Shown here in pieces: positions 8,636-18,278 of a stretch of 34,707 nucleotides of DNA. A program made the position numbers and the translations under genes. The stretch comes from Thermoplasmatota archaeon (GTDB taxonomy: Archaea; Thermoplasmatota; E2; JACPAO01; JAHFTW01): the NCBI GenBank assembly GCA_041600695.1, contig JBFIJP010000003.1:1-34707 (forward strand). Reading direction: 5' to 3'. The notes beneath the pieces are model-generated. The model had not been told where the DNA came from. It saw only the letters and a list, made by a program, of their open reading frames with translations, and searched no databases. Numbering within the stretch: the stretch's first letter is position 1; every line of letters begins with the position of its first letter.

Positions 8636-11497
8636 CTTCCGCTGCGCCTTGTTGCTTCCGCTCATGGCGTAACGGGCCCGGAACTCCATGTTGGTGATGG
8701 GGCTCTGCCGGTCCGGTGCCGGCGGACCCGTTGGCCCCGTGGTGCCTGCCGGGATCGTTGGCCCTTCGCTGACGAAGATGGGTCTCGATGAAGCCACGAC
8801 ACGCGGAAGCGTCGGCTCCTCGGGAGGCGAATCGATGGATTTCGTCCCGGCTGCGCCACCGCCGCCGCCACCGCCACCGCCGCCGCCACCGCCGCCGCCG
8901 CCGCCACCGCCGCCGCCGCCGCCACCGCCACCGCCGCCGCCACCGCCACCGCCGCCCCCTCCAGCTGCCGCGAGCACATCGATCACTTGGCTGGTCGTGT
9001 TGGTGGCGCCCTCGTTGTCCGTTACCCGGAGCTGGATGGTGTAGGATCCTGCTGACGGGAACTCGACCGTCAGCCGATCGGCACCCGGCCGGTCGATGAC
9101 GGTCACGTTCGATGCGTCCGAGGTGTTCCCGATGAGGAAGCGCCACTGGAATCGGGTCACGTTGCCATCCAGGTCGTGGCTTGCGGAGGCATTCAAGTGG
9201 CACGTGAGCGCGAGGCATTCCACATCGAACCTTGCCACTGGCGCCGCATTCCCGGTTTCGTTGGCATCCCCTCCGTCTCCGCCGTCTCCGCCGTCTCCGC
9301 CGTCCCCTCCGTCTCCGCCGTCTCCGTCAGCACAGGGGCCTTCGGTGTCGCCGTGCCGGTAGTGACCACCTGCGGAAGGCGCCGGAACCGTCACAGTTTG
9401 CTGGCGGTGGCTGCCGGGTCGGTGGCAAAGGGTCACGTCGCCGTCGTCACTGCCATCTCCGCCGTCGCCTCCGTCACCTCCGTCTCCGCCGTCACCTCCG
9501 TCTCCGCCGTCACCTCCGTCTCCGCCGTCACCTCCGTCTCCGCCGTCGCCTTCGGGGCAGGGTCCCTCGGTGTCGCCGTGCCCGTAATGGCCGCCAGCGG
9601 CGGGCCCGGGCACGGTCATGGTTTGCTCCTGGTCGGTGCCGGGTCGGTGGCAAAGGGTCACGTCGCCGTCGTCACTGCCGTCTCCGCCGTCGCCACCGTC
9701 TCCGCCGTCGCCTCCGTCGCCACCGTCTCCGCCGTCGCCTCCGTCGCCACCGTCTCCGTCGTCGCCCCCGTCACTGCCGTCTCCGCCGTCACTGCCATCT
9801 CCGCCGTCTCCGCCGTCTCCGCCGTCACTGCCGTTTCCGCCGTCACTGCCATCTCCGCCGTCACCGCCGTCGCCTTCGGGGCAGGGTCCCTCGGTGTCGC
9901 CGTGGCCGTAATGGCCGCCAGCGGCGGGCCCGGGCACGATCATGGTTTGCTCCTGGTCGGTGCCGGGTCGGTGGCAAAGGGTCACGTCGCCGCCGTCGCC
10001 GCCGTCACCGCCGTCGCCTTCGGGGCAGGGTCCCTCGGTGTCGCCGTGGCCGTAATGGCCGCTAGCGGCGGGCCCGGGTACGGTCATGGTTTGTTCCTGG
10101 TCGGTGCCAGGCTTGTGGCAAACCGTCACTTCGCCGTCGTCACTGCCGTCTCCGCCGTCTCCGCCGTCGCCTCCCCCGCCACCGTCTCCGTCGTCGCCGT
10201 CTCCGTCGTCGCCGCCGTCACTGCCATCTCCGCCGTCGCCTCCCCCGCCACCGTCTCCGTCGTCGCCGCCGTCACTGCCATCTCCGCCGTCGCCTCCGTC
10301 ACTGCCGTCTCCGCCGTCGCCTCCGTCACTGCCATCTCCGCCGTCACCTCCGTCTCCGCCGTCACCTCCGTCTCCGCCGTCACCTCCGTCTCCGCCACCA
10401 GCTCCGCCACCACCGCTTCCTGCGTCTCCATCACCCCCGGGGACGGCGCACGGGCCCTCGGCATCACCATGTCCAAGGTGACCCGGCACCGCCTGCGCTG
10501 GCACATCCATCGTGGATTCAGCCGGCGTCCCCGGCTTGTGACAAATCGTGATCCAGACAACACCTCGCCCACCTTGGCCCTCAAAAAAGACACCTTCCAG
10601 ACCGTCTTCAACCCAACCGCCAGAGCCTACAGGGTCACCTACATTCGCTGCCCCCCAGTGCCCCCCTGCCAGCGCCAGGGCCATTGCGCCGGTCGCCAGG
10701 GACGCAGGCGCACGGGGGCCTGCCAGCGGGGAAACGTTTGTTGGAACCAGGGCCAGCAGAGGGGCCAGCAGGGCCGTTGCAAGCAAGATGACGATGCCTA
10801 CGGCCGCAGCCCTCTGAACGGGCTCTTCCCACGCATGCCTCTGGCGGGGGCGCCACCTGCTTTGCCAGACACCATGCGCGATGACGCTTCGGTCCAGGCG
10901 TTGCCTAGCCTCGGCCTGCTCCTGTGCCCGGGCCTCCTCGGCGTCCAGGGGAGGCAAGCCCCACTGGGTCGCGTCCAGGTGGCCTGCCCGCACCAGCTTT
11001 TCCACATGGTGCCGGAACTCGAAGCGGGACATGCCGAGCGCTTGAGCCAGCCACTTCTCCTCGCTGGGATCGACGCCGTTCCAGGCTGGCGTTGCCGCAT
11101 TCTGCGCCGCCAGTTGGGGATGACCGCGCCATTGGGCGGCGTCCAGAAGGCCTTCCTTGACGAAGTCGTCGATGATTGCGCGCAGTTCGCGGGTCGGGAT
11201 GCCCAGAAGCAGTGCCAAGTCCTGTTGCTCCTCGGCATCCAGTGGCGCGTCCAACTCTTCGTCGCCGTCGGCGGCGCCGTCGCTTGCGGGGTTCTTCAGG
11301 AGGGCTCGCCATTCGTGAGGATCCAGCAGGGCGTCACGCCAGACGCCAGCACCGGGGGTGCCTTCGACGGCGCCAACCTCCCGGCCTCCCGACGCGGAAG
11401 GCCGGGGGGGCCGTACAATGCCCCGGGACCGGGCTGCAAGCTCAAACGAAACGGACGCCAGCACTCGACGGCCACGGCGCCAATCATCCTGCGGCAC
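8633..11497 (-). CDS. large membrane-anchored surface protein: two HTH-like repeats, TM helix, five CH(K/R)PG..GHxxHGD..GPC modules, GGD linkers, PKD domain, poly-Gly
   Basis: Long ORF with a clear modular structure; PKD signature APVARF...LNASASHDLDGNVTRFQWRF...GSYTIQLRVTDNEGAT; start codon uncertain. Confidence 0.8.
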   Translation of the reverse strand: MPQDDWRRGRRVLASVSFELAARSRGIVRPPRPSASGGREVGAVEGTPGAGVWRDALLDPHEWRALLKNPASDGAADGDEELDAPLDAEEQQDLALLLGIPTRELRAIIDDFVKEGLLDAAQWRGHPQLAAQNAATPAWNGVDPSEEKWLAQALGMSRFEFRHHVEKLVRAGHLDATQWGLPPLDAEEARAQEQAEARQRLDRSVIAHGVWQSRWRPRQRHAWEEPVQRAAAVGIVILLATALLAPLLALVPTNVSPLAGPRAPASLATGAMALALAGGHWGAANVGDPVGSGGWVEDGLEGVFFEGQGGRGVVWITICHKPGTPAESTMDVPAQAVPGHLGHGDAEGPCAVPGGDGDAGSGGGGAGGGDGGDGGDGGDGGDGGDGGDGSDGGDGGDGSDGGDGGDGSDGGDDGDGGGGGDGGDGSDGGDDGDGDDGDGGGGGDGGDGGDGSDDGEVTVCHKPGTDQEQTMTVPGPAASGHYGHGDTEGPCPEGDGGDGGDGGDVTLCHRPGTDQEQTMIVPGPAAGGHYGHGDTEGPCPEGDGGDGGDGSDGGNGSDGGDGGDGGDGSDGGDGSDGGDDGDGGDGGDGGDGGDGGDGGDGGDGGDGSDDGDVTLCHRPGTDQEQTMTVPGPAAGGHYGHGDTEGPCPEGDGGDGGDGGDGGDGGDGGDGGDGGDGGDGGDGSDDGDVTLCHRPGSHRQQTVTVPAPSAGGHYRHGDTEGPCADGDGGDGGDGGDGGDGGDGGDANETGNAAPVARFDVECLALTCHLNASASHDLDGNVTRFQWRFLIGNTSDASNVTVIDRPGADRLTVEFPSAGSYTIQLRVTDNEGATNTTSQVIDVLAAAGGGGGGGGGGGGGGGGGGGGGGGGGGGGGGGGGGGGAAGTKSIDSPPEEPTLPRVVASSRPIFVSEGPTIPAGTTGPTGPPAPDRQSPITNMEFRARYAMSGSNKAQRK
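8855..8962 (-). repeat. 36-codon poly-glycine tract (GGC/GGT trinucleotide repeat)
   Basis: (gcc/acc)n on the + strand, 108 nt, in frame. Confidence 0.9.
9268..10410 (-). repeat. 9-bp-unit coding tandem repeats (GGD/GSD)n interleaved with ~105 bp Cys/His module repeats
   Basis: Runs of ccgtctccg/ccgtcacct variants; near-identical modules at about 9330-9437, 9557-9662, 9881-9985 and 10025-10130, plus a diverged one at about 10449-10553. Confidence 0.9.
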
Positions 11498-11958
11498 AAG
11501 TCCACATCAACCACCGCGCCCTAAGTCGGACGCTATCTTGCACCATGTCCGGCAGTGGGCGCGGTGCGAGCCGGGGACCGGCGGGTGGGACCACGCTGGT
11601 CACACGTTGCTTGCGGCAGCAAGGGCGGCAAGACAGTGGGAACACCGGGGCCAGCGGCGGCTGAGGAAACGTCAGCCCCCGCCCCAGCGTTCAGCGGGGA
11701 AGGACGCCGGACGGTGCTCGGAGGCACATGCGCCCATTGCCGCCTGCCATGGCGCCCCGCGGCGGGAGCTCCGGGCTAGGCCCTCCGGCTGACCCGTTTC
11801 CCCGCGCCCGGCAGGCATCGGGCATCGCCGGGGCCTTGTCCTGATGCGGTCTGGCCCGCCGGCGGGCGGCGCAATCTGGGCAACCTGGACCCCCGGGCGG
11901 GATGGAGTGGGCGCCCCGCCCCTACAGCGCACGGGGCGCGCTGGCCCTGGGGGTAACG

Positions 11959-13521
11959 CTAGCCGGGCAGCCTGATCCGATGGGCTTCGAGAACCACATC
12001 CACGCTGCGAAGCCCATCCCGGGCCTCCTTGGGGATGGACCCGTCCACCTCGATGACGGCGACGGCGGTCCCGTCCTCCTTGTGGCGGGCAAGGCTCACG
12101 GACGCCACGTTCACATCGGATTCGGCCAGGATCGACGTAATCTTGGCCAGCACGCCGGGGACATCCTTGTGGCGCGTGAAAAGCATGCGTCCGCGGGGCC
12201 TGAAGTCCACATCGTAGGCGTCGAAGCTGGTCACCCGGGCGCCGTAATGGGGCGTGTACGTGCCCTCGATGACCGTCTCGCCGGCGCGGGTGCGAAATTG
12301 CAGGCGCAGATAGCTTGGGTCCTGTTCGGGCAGGGACCGGATGGCGACGGTCCAGCCCTTTTCCAGGGCGAGACCCGGCGCGTTGATCGCGTTGACTGGC
12401 GCCTCGCTGGCCACCTGGAGGGCGCCCACCAGCGAATGCACCTTCAGGGCCTCGATGTCAAGCCCGTCGCTGGCCGCCACCGTGAGTTGCTCCAGGGGAT
12501 TGACCAGGGTTTGCACGGCGAAGCCGGCGAGGGCCTCGGCGAGCCCCGTCCAGGGGCGCATCTCGTCGCTCACTGCCGCCTGTGCGTTGACTGCCAGACC
12601 GGCGTCGCCCGTCTGGAGGAAGGCCAGCGTGCGCTCGATGGCCTGGGTGGCGGCCTTCAACTGTGCCTCCTTGGTGCTTGCACCGAGGTGGGGAGCAGCC
12701 ACTACCTTGGGGTGCTTGGCCAGCCGCCAGTCCGTGGGGGGCTCCGAGGCCCAGACATCCAGTCCAGCCGCGTGCACCCGACCACCGTCCAATGCCGCCA
12801 GAAGGGCTTCTTCGTCCAGGAGGCCGCCACGGGCTGCGTTGACCACAATGGCCCCCGGCTTGATTCGTGCCAGCCGGTCGGCGTCCAGCAGGTTCTTCGT
12901 CTGGGGGGTGAGGGGTGTGTGGAAGCTGACGAAGTCGGCGCGCTCGACGCCAGCGTCAACCTCAACCCACTCCACGCCGAAGCTCTTGGCGGTGTCGTGG
13001 CTGACGTAGGGGTCGTAACCGATGACGGTCATTTCGAACGCCTGTGCCCGGCGGGCCATCATGCGCCCGATGCGGCCCAGGCCAACGATGAAGATGGTCT
13101 TGCCAGCCAGTTCGACGCCCTTGAGGCGCTTGCGGGCCCAGTCCTCGTTCTTCATCGCCGCGTCCGCCTCCGGCGTGCGTCGCGCGGCGGCCAGCATCAG
13201 GGCCCAAGCCTGCTCGGCGGCGCTGGTGATGTTGCCCGTGGGGGCGTTGAAGACCGCAACACCGTGGGCGGTCGCGGCCTCCAGGTCAACGTTGTCAACG
13301 CCCACGCCAGCGCGTCCGATGGCCCGCAGTTTGCCCGCCTTGGCCAGATCCTCCGCCGTGACTCGGGTGCCACTTCGCACGATCCACGCCTCGGCGTTGG
13401 CGATGGCGCCAGCGGAGCGGGCGGCGTCGGGGTTGTCGAAGGTCTCGACATCGTGCCCTGCGTCGCGCAGTTGGGCGAGCCCCTCCGGCGCAAGAGGATC
13501 GGTGACGATGATACGGGCCAT
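11959..13521 (-). CDS. serA: D-3-phosphoglycerate dehydrogenase (long form with ASB/ACT domains)
   Basis: IVRSGT, IGRAGVGVDNVD, GLGRIG, VNAARGG, PHLGASTKEAQ, and C-terminal ACT (HKDVPGVLAKI); start MARIIVTDP at 13521. Confidence 0.95.
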   Translation of the reverse strand: MARIIVTDPLAPEGLAQLRDAGHDVETFDNPDAARSAGAIANAEAWIVRSGTRVTAEDLAKAGKLRAIGRAGVGVDNVDLEAATAHGVAVFNAPTGNITSAAEQAWALMLAAARRTPEADAAMKNEDWARKRLKGVELAGKTIFIVGLGRIGRMMARRAQAFEMTVIGYDPYVSHDTAKSFGVEWVEVDAGVERADFVSFHTPLTPQTKNLLDADRLARIKPGAIVVNAARGGLLDEEALLAALDGGRVHAAGLDVWASEPPTDWRLAKHPKVVAAPHLGASTKEAQLKAATQAIERTLAFLQTGDAGLAVNAQAAVSDEMRPWTGLAEALAGFAVQTLVNPLEQLTVAASDGLDIEALKVHSLVGALQVASEAPVNAINAPGLALEKGWTVAIRSLPEQDPSYLRLQFRTRAGETVIEGTYTPHYGARVTSFDAYDVDFRPRGRMLFTRHKDVPGVLAKITSILAESDVNVASVSLARHKEDGTAVAVIEVDGSIPKEARDGLRSVDVVLEAHRIRLPG

Positions 13522-13588
13522 TTGCGGCCGCCGAGCCCGGCGCCCTGCAAAAGCCGTCCGGTGATGAAAATCCGGCCAGAGCGCGCCT

Positions 13589-15331
13589 CTATCCCTGTCG
13601 CAAGGCGCCGCTAAGCTCTTCCAGGCGGCGCCGGGCGGTATCGTCGGGCGCTCCCTCGGAGAGCGTGGCCTGGCATAGCTCGAGGGCTGCGTCGGGGCGA
13701 CCCAGGCGGCCGAGGCACATTGCCCGCTTCCAGGCCACGTCCGCCACACGGCCATCGTCGCCCACCTGGGCAAACAGCGCCTCGGCGGCCTCGTAGAGGT
13801 CCATGGCTCGGGGATAGTCGGCACGGTGGAACCAGATGTCTGCCTTCTCATCCTGAATCAGGCCCCACGTCCGGGCGCTGGCCACTTTGGCCTCGTCGAA
13901 CAAATCGAGGGTGTCCATGTACAGGTTCTGGTAGCCCGCGTCGATCAGGTCGAATTCCCGCAAATCGAGGTTTTCCTCCAACAGTTTCAGCACGCGGTCC
14001 CGCTGGTCGGCGGCCAGCATGTGATGCATGGCCTCCAGACGACCCTCCAGGGTGCCTTTGCCAAGGTAGTGGTCGGCAAGTTTGCTGTGCAACCGTGCCT
14101 TGTCGTGCAAGAGACTGTAGAAGAAATTGCGAATGATTTCGTGCAGGGCGTATTCGTGGTCGAGGGCCTGGACCAGCAGCCGCCTTCGCAGCCGCAGAAG
14201 GACGCCCTGCGGGTTGCGGGACGACATCGCCAGGACATCAGCGTGCGTGAAGCTGCCCCGGAAGAGGCTCGCCAGGCCGAGGACGCGGCGCTCGTCGTCT
14301 TCCAGATGACCGTAGATTTCCCGCAGAAGGTACTCCTCCAGGTCCCGTTCCGGAACGCCGTCCAGCATGGCTTCGGCGTCTCCGCCTGCGGCCTTGACCG
14401 CTTCCACGAAGAGATTGAGGGCGAGGGGATGGCCGCCTACCTCGCTGCGCAGGCGAGGTAAGAGGTGCTCCGGGAGGGGCAGTTCCTTGCGCTGCAGGAA
14501 TTCGCCCACGGCGTCGTCGTCTAGGCCGCGCAATTCAAGCAGTCGTACATGCCCGGCCGACGGGTTGTGGGCTGGCCGTTCGCGCGCCCCGACGACCAGC
14601 CTTCCGTGCCTCACGTGGTGGATGGCGTCGGTGAGGAAATCCTTGACCACCGGGTCTTCGATCTTGTGCACATCGTCCAAAACGACGGTGACGCTGGTCA
14701 GGTCGAGGGCCTCCAGGAGCAGGGCCCTCTTGTCCGCCGCGTCCGCCCCCTGCTCGACAGCCTCCAGGAGCTGGGTGTGGCCGTTTTGGGCGAGGAACAA
14801 GCCCAACCGGTTGGCGAGCCAGTTGAGGGACTCGACTCCCCGGAAGCTATGCCAGAAGACCGGATCGGCGCCGCGGGAGCGGGCAAATGTGGCCAGCAGG
14901 GAGGTCTTGCCGATGCCGGGCATGCCTTCGACGATCGCAACCGGGCGGTCGCCCTTGAGGCCCTCGAGTTCGACCGCGCGTCCGACGAATTCCTCCGGTT
15001 CAGGCAGGTGCATGACCAACCGCTGGACACCAGCATGCACGACCCGGCCCGAGCCCCGTTCATGCAGATCGACGCGAATCCCCTCGGCTGCGATGGTGAC
15101 CTCGACGCGGTCGGCCACCAGTTGGTACAGCTTGACGTTCTTGCCGATGTAACTCCACTGGCTGGATACCAGATCCAATTTTTCCATCTGACGCAGCCGC
15201 CGCGCTACCTCGGTTTCCGCCAGCGACAGCAAGTCAGCGATCTTGCGCGGATACGTGGGTTCGACCGTGAGGAGGTTCAGGATGTCCTGGTTCGTGCGGT
15301 TGGCGAGAACCTTCAGGAGTTCCTCGACCAT
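13589..15331 (-). CDS. ArsR-type HTH + STAND/NB-ARC-like ATPase + TPR transcriptional regulator
   Basis: N-terminal LKVLANRTNQDILNLL..YPRKIADLL HTH; Walker A GMPGIGKT; Walker B VVLDDVH; GxP motif GGHPLAL; LHEIIR; C-terminal TPR-like helices. Confidence 0.85.
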   Translation of the reverse strand: MVEELLKVLANRTNQDILNLLTVEPTYPRKIADLLSLAETEVARRLRQMEKLDLVSSQWSYIGKNVKLYQLVADRVEVTIAAEGIRVDLHERGSGRVVHAGVQRLVMHLPEPEEFVGRAVELEGLKGDRPVAIVEGMPGIGKTSLLATFARSRGADPVFWHSFRGVESLNWLANRLGLFLAQNGHTQLLEAVEQGADAADKRALLLEALDLTSVTVVLDDVHKIEDPVVKDFLTDAIHHVRHGRLVVGARERPAHNPSAGHVRLLELRGLDDDAVGEFLQRKELPLPEHLLPRLRSEVGGHPLALNLFVEAVKAAGGDAEAMLDGVPERDLEEYLLREIYGHLEDDERRVLGLASLFRGSFTHADVLAMSSRNPQGVLLRLRRRLLVQALDHEYALHEIIRNFFYSLLHDKARLHSKLADHYLGKGTLEGRLEAMHHMLAADQRDRVLKLLEENLDLREFDLIDAGYQNLYMDTLDLFDEAKVASARTWGLIQDEKADIWFHRADYPRAMDLYEAAEALFAQVGDDGRVADVAWKRAMCLGRLGRPDAALELCQATLSEGAPDDTARRRLEELSGALRQG

Positions 15332-15400
15332 TGTCCGTGAGACCGGGTGGCGGTGCTTCAAGGCGTCGGTGCATCGTCGGCTGTTGGGAGCCCGGCGGCT

Positions 15401-16168
15401 TCAGGGTCGCCGTGGGTTGGCGGGCGGCTGGGCTTGCGCCGGGTTGCGCACGATGCGGACCACGGTACGCTTGCCTGGCTGGGGCGTCGGCGTGGCTGAC
15501 TGAACGCCTCGGCCGGAGGGGCCTGCGGGTGCGTCGGCGCGTGGGGCCGCCGCCAAGGGAGGCGTCGGCTGGCGCGCCACGGCAAGGCTTGTCGTCTCTT
15601 CTGGCAGGGCGTGGCCGGCCCACCCAATGGCAACGACGGCGGCGAACCCGAGGTAGACGGCTGGCTGCCAGGAAACCACGTTCATTCCCACCAGTGTGCC
15701 CAATGAGTTGTGGAAACCAACGATGAACGCGGAGGTAGCCAGAGCAACGAAGACGGCACCAGCGCGCCAAATGGTGCGCGTTGCCGGCGTGGGCCCTGCT
15801 GCCTGGACCATGCGCGCGGTGAGTAACAGCAGGATGCCCACCGCCGCCAAGGGATGGGAAAAGAACATGACGGCGCGCCAGAAATAGAAGTAGCCGGGCA
15901 GCGAGTCGGGTCCCGCGCCTTCGGCGGAGGCTTCCGTCTCGTCCGCGCCGCCGCCGGTGTAAGTGTTGGCCCACCAATCCTCGTTGTCTCCTTGTGGGTC
16001 GGATTCGACGTAGTGAACGCCCCACGGGTAGACATCCAGGCTGAGTACGCTGGCTCCGAGCGCGTTGAAGCCGAGGCCGAACCAGGGAAGGAATTGCGCT
16101 AGGACGAGCACGGCCAGTGCGATGTCGCGGACCGGCTGGCGTGTTCGTGGGTCTGGTGCGGCCTCCAT
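15401..16168 (-). CDS. hypothetical membrane protein (about 4 TM segments)
   Basis: Hydrophobic segments, FLPWF motif, Pro/Ala-rich tail; co-oriented with its neighbours. Confidence 0.7.
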   Translation of the reverse strand: MEAAPDPRTRQPVRDIALAVLVLAQFLPWFGLGFNALGASVLSLDVYPWGVHYVESDPQGDNEDWWANTYTGGGADETEASAEGAGPDSLPGYFYFWRAVMFFSHPLAAVGILLLLTARMVQAAGPTPATRTIWRAGAVFVALATSAFIVGFHNSLGTLVGMNVVSWQPAVYLGFAAVVAIGWAGHALPEETTSLAVARQPTPPLAAAPRADAPAGPSGRGVQSATPTPQPGKRTVVRIVRNPAQAQPPANPRRP

Positions 16169-16218
16169 GGACTCCAGGTACCAGGGCCGGGCCTCTTCAT
16201 GTTTTCTCGGCTGCCCGG

Positions 16219-17406
16219 CTACGCCGCCTCGGCGCCAAGCTCGACCGCGGGCAGCGGTATGCGCTCAACCTCAAGCCGGTCGGCGGTGGGGTAGACTTCG
16301 CTGATCCAGCCAGTCAGTCCCAGCACCTCGAACTGTTGCTCTTCGGCGAGCACTTCGGCGACCGACGGCGCCGTTTCGATGCGGCCGTCGATGACCACCA
16401 GCCAGTCGGCGGGCACTTCGTAGTCCTCCCGCAGGCGTTCGGCCAGTTCGCCGGGGCGGCCGTCGGCGGGAACGAGCACGCCGTACAGCAGCGTGCCCTC
16501 CTCGGATTGCTCTTCAAACGGCCGGGCGACGTTGCCGGCGCGGCGGCGTAGGCGTTGCATGAGCTGGATGGCGTCCTTGTAGGGACTGGAACAGAAGTGG
16601 ACCGAGAAATCCCCGCGGGGGCCGCCGTGGTCCGCCTTCCAGGCCGCGAGGACGGTGGCGGCCGTTTCACGGCTGCCGGCGACGCACTGGCTCTCGTCGT
16701 TGCGCAATTCGAAGCCGCGCCCCCGGAGTGCCTTCACGTTGGGGTCGGAAAACTCCAATTCGTTCATGTTGAGGCCGTGGGCGCCGACCGCCTCCAGGTA
16801 GCGGGCTAGTGCCAGAATTTCAGCCTGCTTGTCCGGCACGCAGGGAATTTCAACCATCGTTGTCAGGCCCACGCGGATGGCCTCCCGGATGGCGGCGTCA
16901 TGCCACGAGTTGGGCATGTCCGCGTATTCGGCCAGTTCCGGATGGAAGCGAATCTCATCCAGGCCAGCTTCCTTCAGGCGGGCAATCCAGGCGGTATCGA
17001 ACTCGCAACTGGTGTAGAGGTGGAGATGGAAATCGGGCCCGAAGTGGGCCTTCATGCGTCGGCACAGATCAACGACCCGGTCGGGTACCACCATGGGGTC
17101 CCCGCCGGTGATCCCGGCCCCCTTCGCATCGATCAGTTCCGCCTCGTCGATCATGGCAGCCCAATCCCCGATGTGCACCGGGCGCTCGTTGGCGTACACC
17201 ACGTCCCTGTACATTTTGTCCCGCGAAACGGGGCAGTAAAAGCACTCCTTGTCGCACAAGCCGGTCACGAACAGGACCAGCTTGGCGCCCTCCCGGCACT
17301 GCATGCAGCCCACTGGCAGGACCCCAAGGTGGCGGCTGCCGGCGTATTTTTCGCTCGCCGTCGGTCGCACGACCGGAAGTTCGGGGCCGCCAAGGGGATG
17401 GGCCAT
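16219..17406 (-). CDS. radical SAM protein, archaeal uncharacterised (COG2108-like) family
   Basis: LPVGCMQCREGAKLVLFVTGLCDKECFYCP (CxxxCxxC), ITGGDP, HLHLYT, LDEIRFHP, NMNELEFS; TTTCATA box at 17428-17434 on the minus strand. Confidence 0.9.
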   Translation of the reverse strand: MAHPLGGPELPVVRPTASEKYAGSRHLGVLPVGCMQCREGAKLVLFVTGLCDKECFYCPVSRDKMYRDVVYANERPVHIGDWAAMIDEAELIDAKGAGITGGDPMVVPDRVVDLCRRMKAHFGPDFHLHLYTSCEFDTAWIARLKEAGLDEIRFHPELAEYADMPNSWHDAAIREAIRVGLTTMVEIPCVPDKQAEILALARYLEAVGAHGLNMNELEFSDPNVKALRGRGFELRNDESQCVAGSRETAATVLAAWKADHGGPRGDFSVHFCSSPYKDAIQLMQRLRRRAGNVARPFEEQSEEGTLLYGVLVPADGRPGELAERLREDYEVPADWLVVIDGRIETAPSVAEVLAEEQQFEVLGLTGWISEVYPTADRLEVERIPLPAVELGAEAA

Positions 17407-17627
17407 GGTGGTTCCGACGGGACCGGCTATGAAAGGGTTGTGTGGCGGGTGGCGCAGGGCTCCTCCGCGCCCCACGGGGGCCGGCTGTTTGCCTCCCAGG
17501 TCGCCAAGCCTGGGCCGAAACGTCCTCCGTCGCCAGGTCGGGGGCATGGGAGGCTCCCGCACCGTGGGGCCACGACTGGGCCGGGCCGGCGCCATTTTTT
17601 TATGTTCATTGTGCGATGCAACTTGCC

Positions 17628-18071
17628 ATGCGTCGCGCGGTCCTGATGGTATCGCTGCTTGCCTTCGGCGTGTTTTCTGCCCCCGCCGCGGCGATGGCCA
17701 TCGCCGAATACAGCGGTAACCTCCTGCTGGGCATTGACTACTACGAAGACTACTACGGGTGCCGGTTCCGTTCCCGCTGCGCGGACATGACCGACATCGG
17801 CCTGCACGACATCGACATCCGTGACGGGTTGGCGCGGGCCCCGCCGGGCGTCCAGGTACGCTTCGACCTGGGAGATACCGGCGACTATCACGGCGCCCAG
17901 TTCAGCGAGTGGAAGGTGTGCCAATACAATCAATACGACCAGTTGCTCCAGTGCGCCTTCGGCCAGCAAAACGGCGCATTCGGGCGAGTCCACCCCGACA
18001 CAACGGGAATGCGGGTCATCCTGCTGCAGGGCGTTGCCCGGGAATACACGATGTTCCTCTGGCATTTCTGA
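17628..18071 (+). CDS. hypothetical secreted protein
   Basis: Signal peptide MRRAVLMVSLLAFGVFSAPAAA; protein-like composition with 4 Cys. Confidence 0.7.
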   Translation: MRRAVLMVSLLAFGVFSAPAAAMAIAEYSGNLLLGIDYYEDYYGCRFRSRCADMTDIGLHDIDIRDGLARAPPGVQVRFDLGDTGDYHGAQFSEWKVCQYNQYDQLLQCAFGQQNGAFGRVHPDTTGMRVILLQGVAREYTMFLWHF

Positions 18072-18278
18072 GGCACGCTGCTGGCCCCCCCCCTGAGCCG
18101 GGCATGAGGGAGTTTAGCAGGTGGGGGGCAGCTGGTTCTGGGGTTCGCACATGAGCAGCTTGATGTGCACGGGCTCCACGGTGCCGCAGGCTGGGCTGGA
18201 CTCCGTTCCAGGGCGACCCCTTACCGGCCCGGCGCCCCGAACGCAACGTGTTTGCCCCGCACGCGCCTGCTTGTCGTG

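Noticed and set aside
9268-10410. Possible CRISPR array or collagen domain
   Set aside because: The repeats are in-frame coding units without unique spacers and no cas genes are present; GGD has two Gly per triplet and no Pro, unlike typical collagen.
9176-11524. 782 aa plus-strand ORF with SAV/TAV repeats
   Set aside because: Antisense shadow of the GGD-repeat gene; the minus-strand ORF has the PKD domain, TM helix and conserved modules.
11500-11958. Short ORFs or an ncRNA in the 450 bp gap
   Set aside because: The ORFs are low-complexity Arg/Gly/Pro-rich with no motif, and I could not recognise any tRNA or known RNA structure.
11902-13614. 570 aa plus-strand ORF
   Set aside because: Antisense to serA; long shadow ORFs are expected at this GC content.
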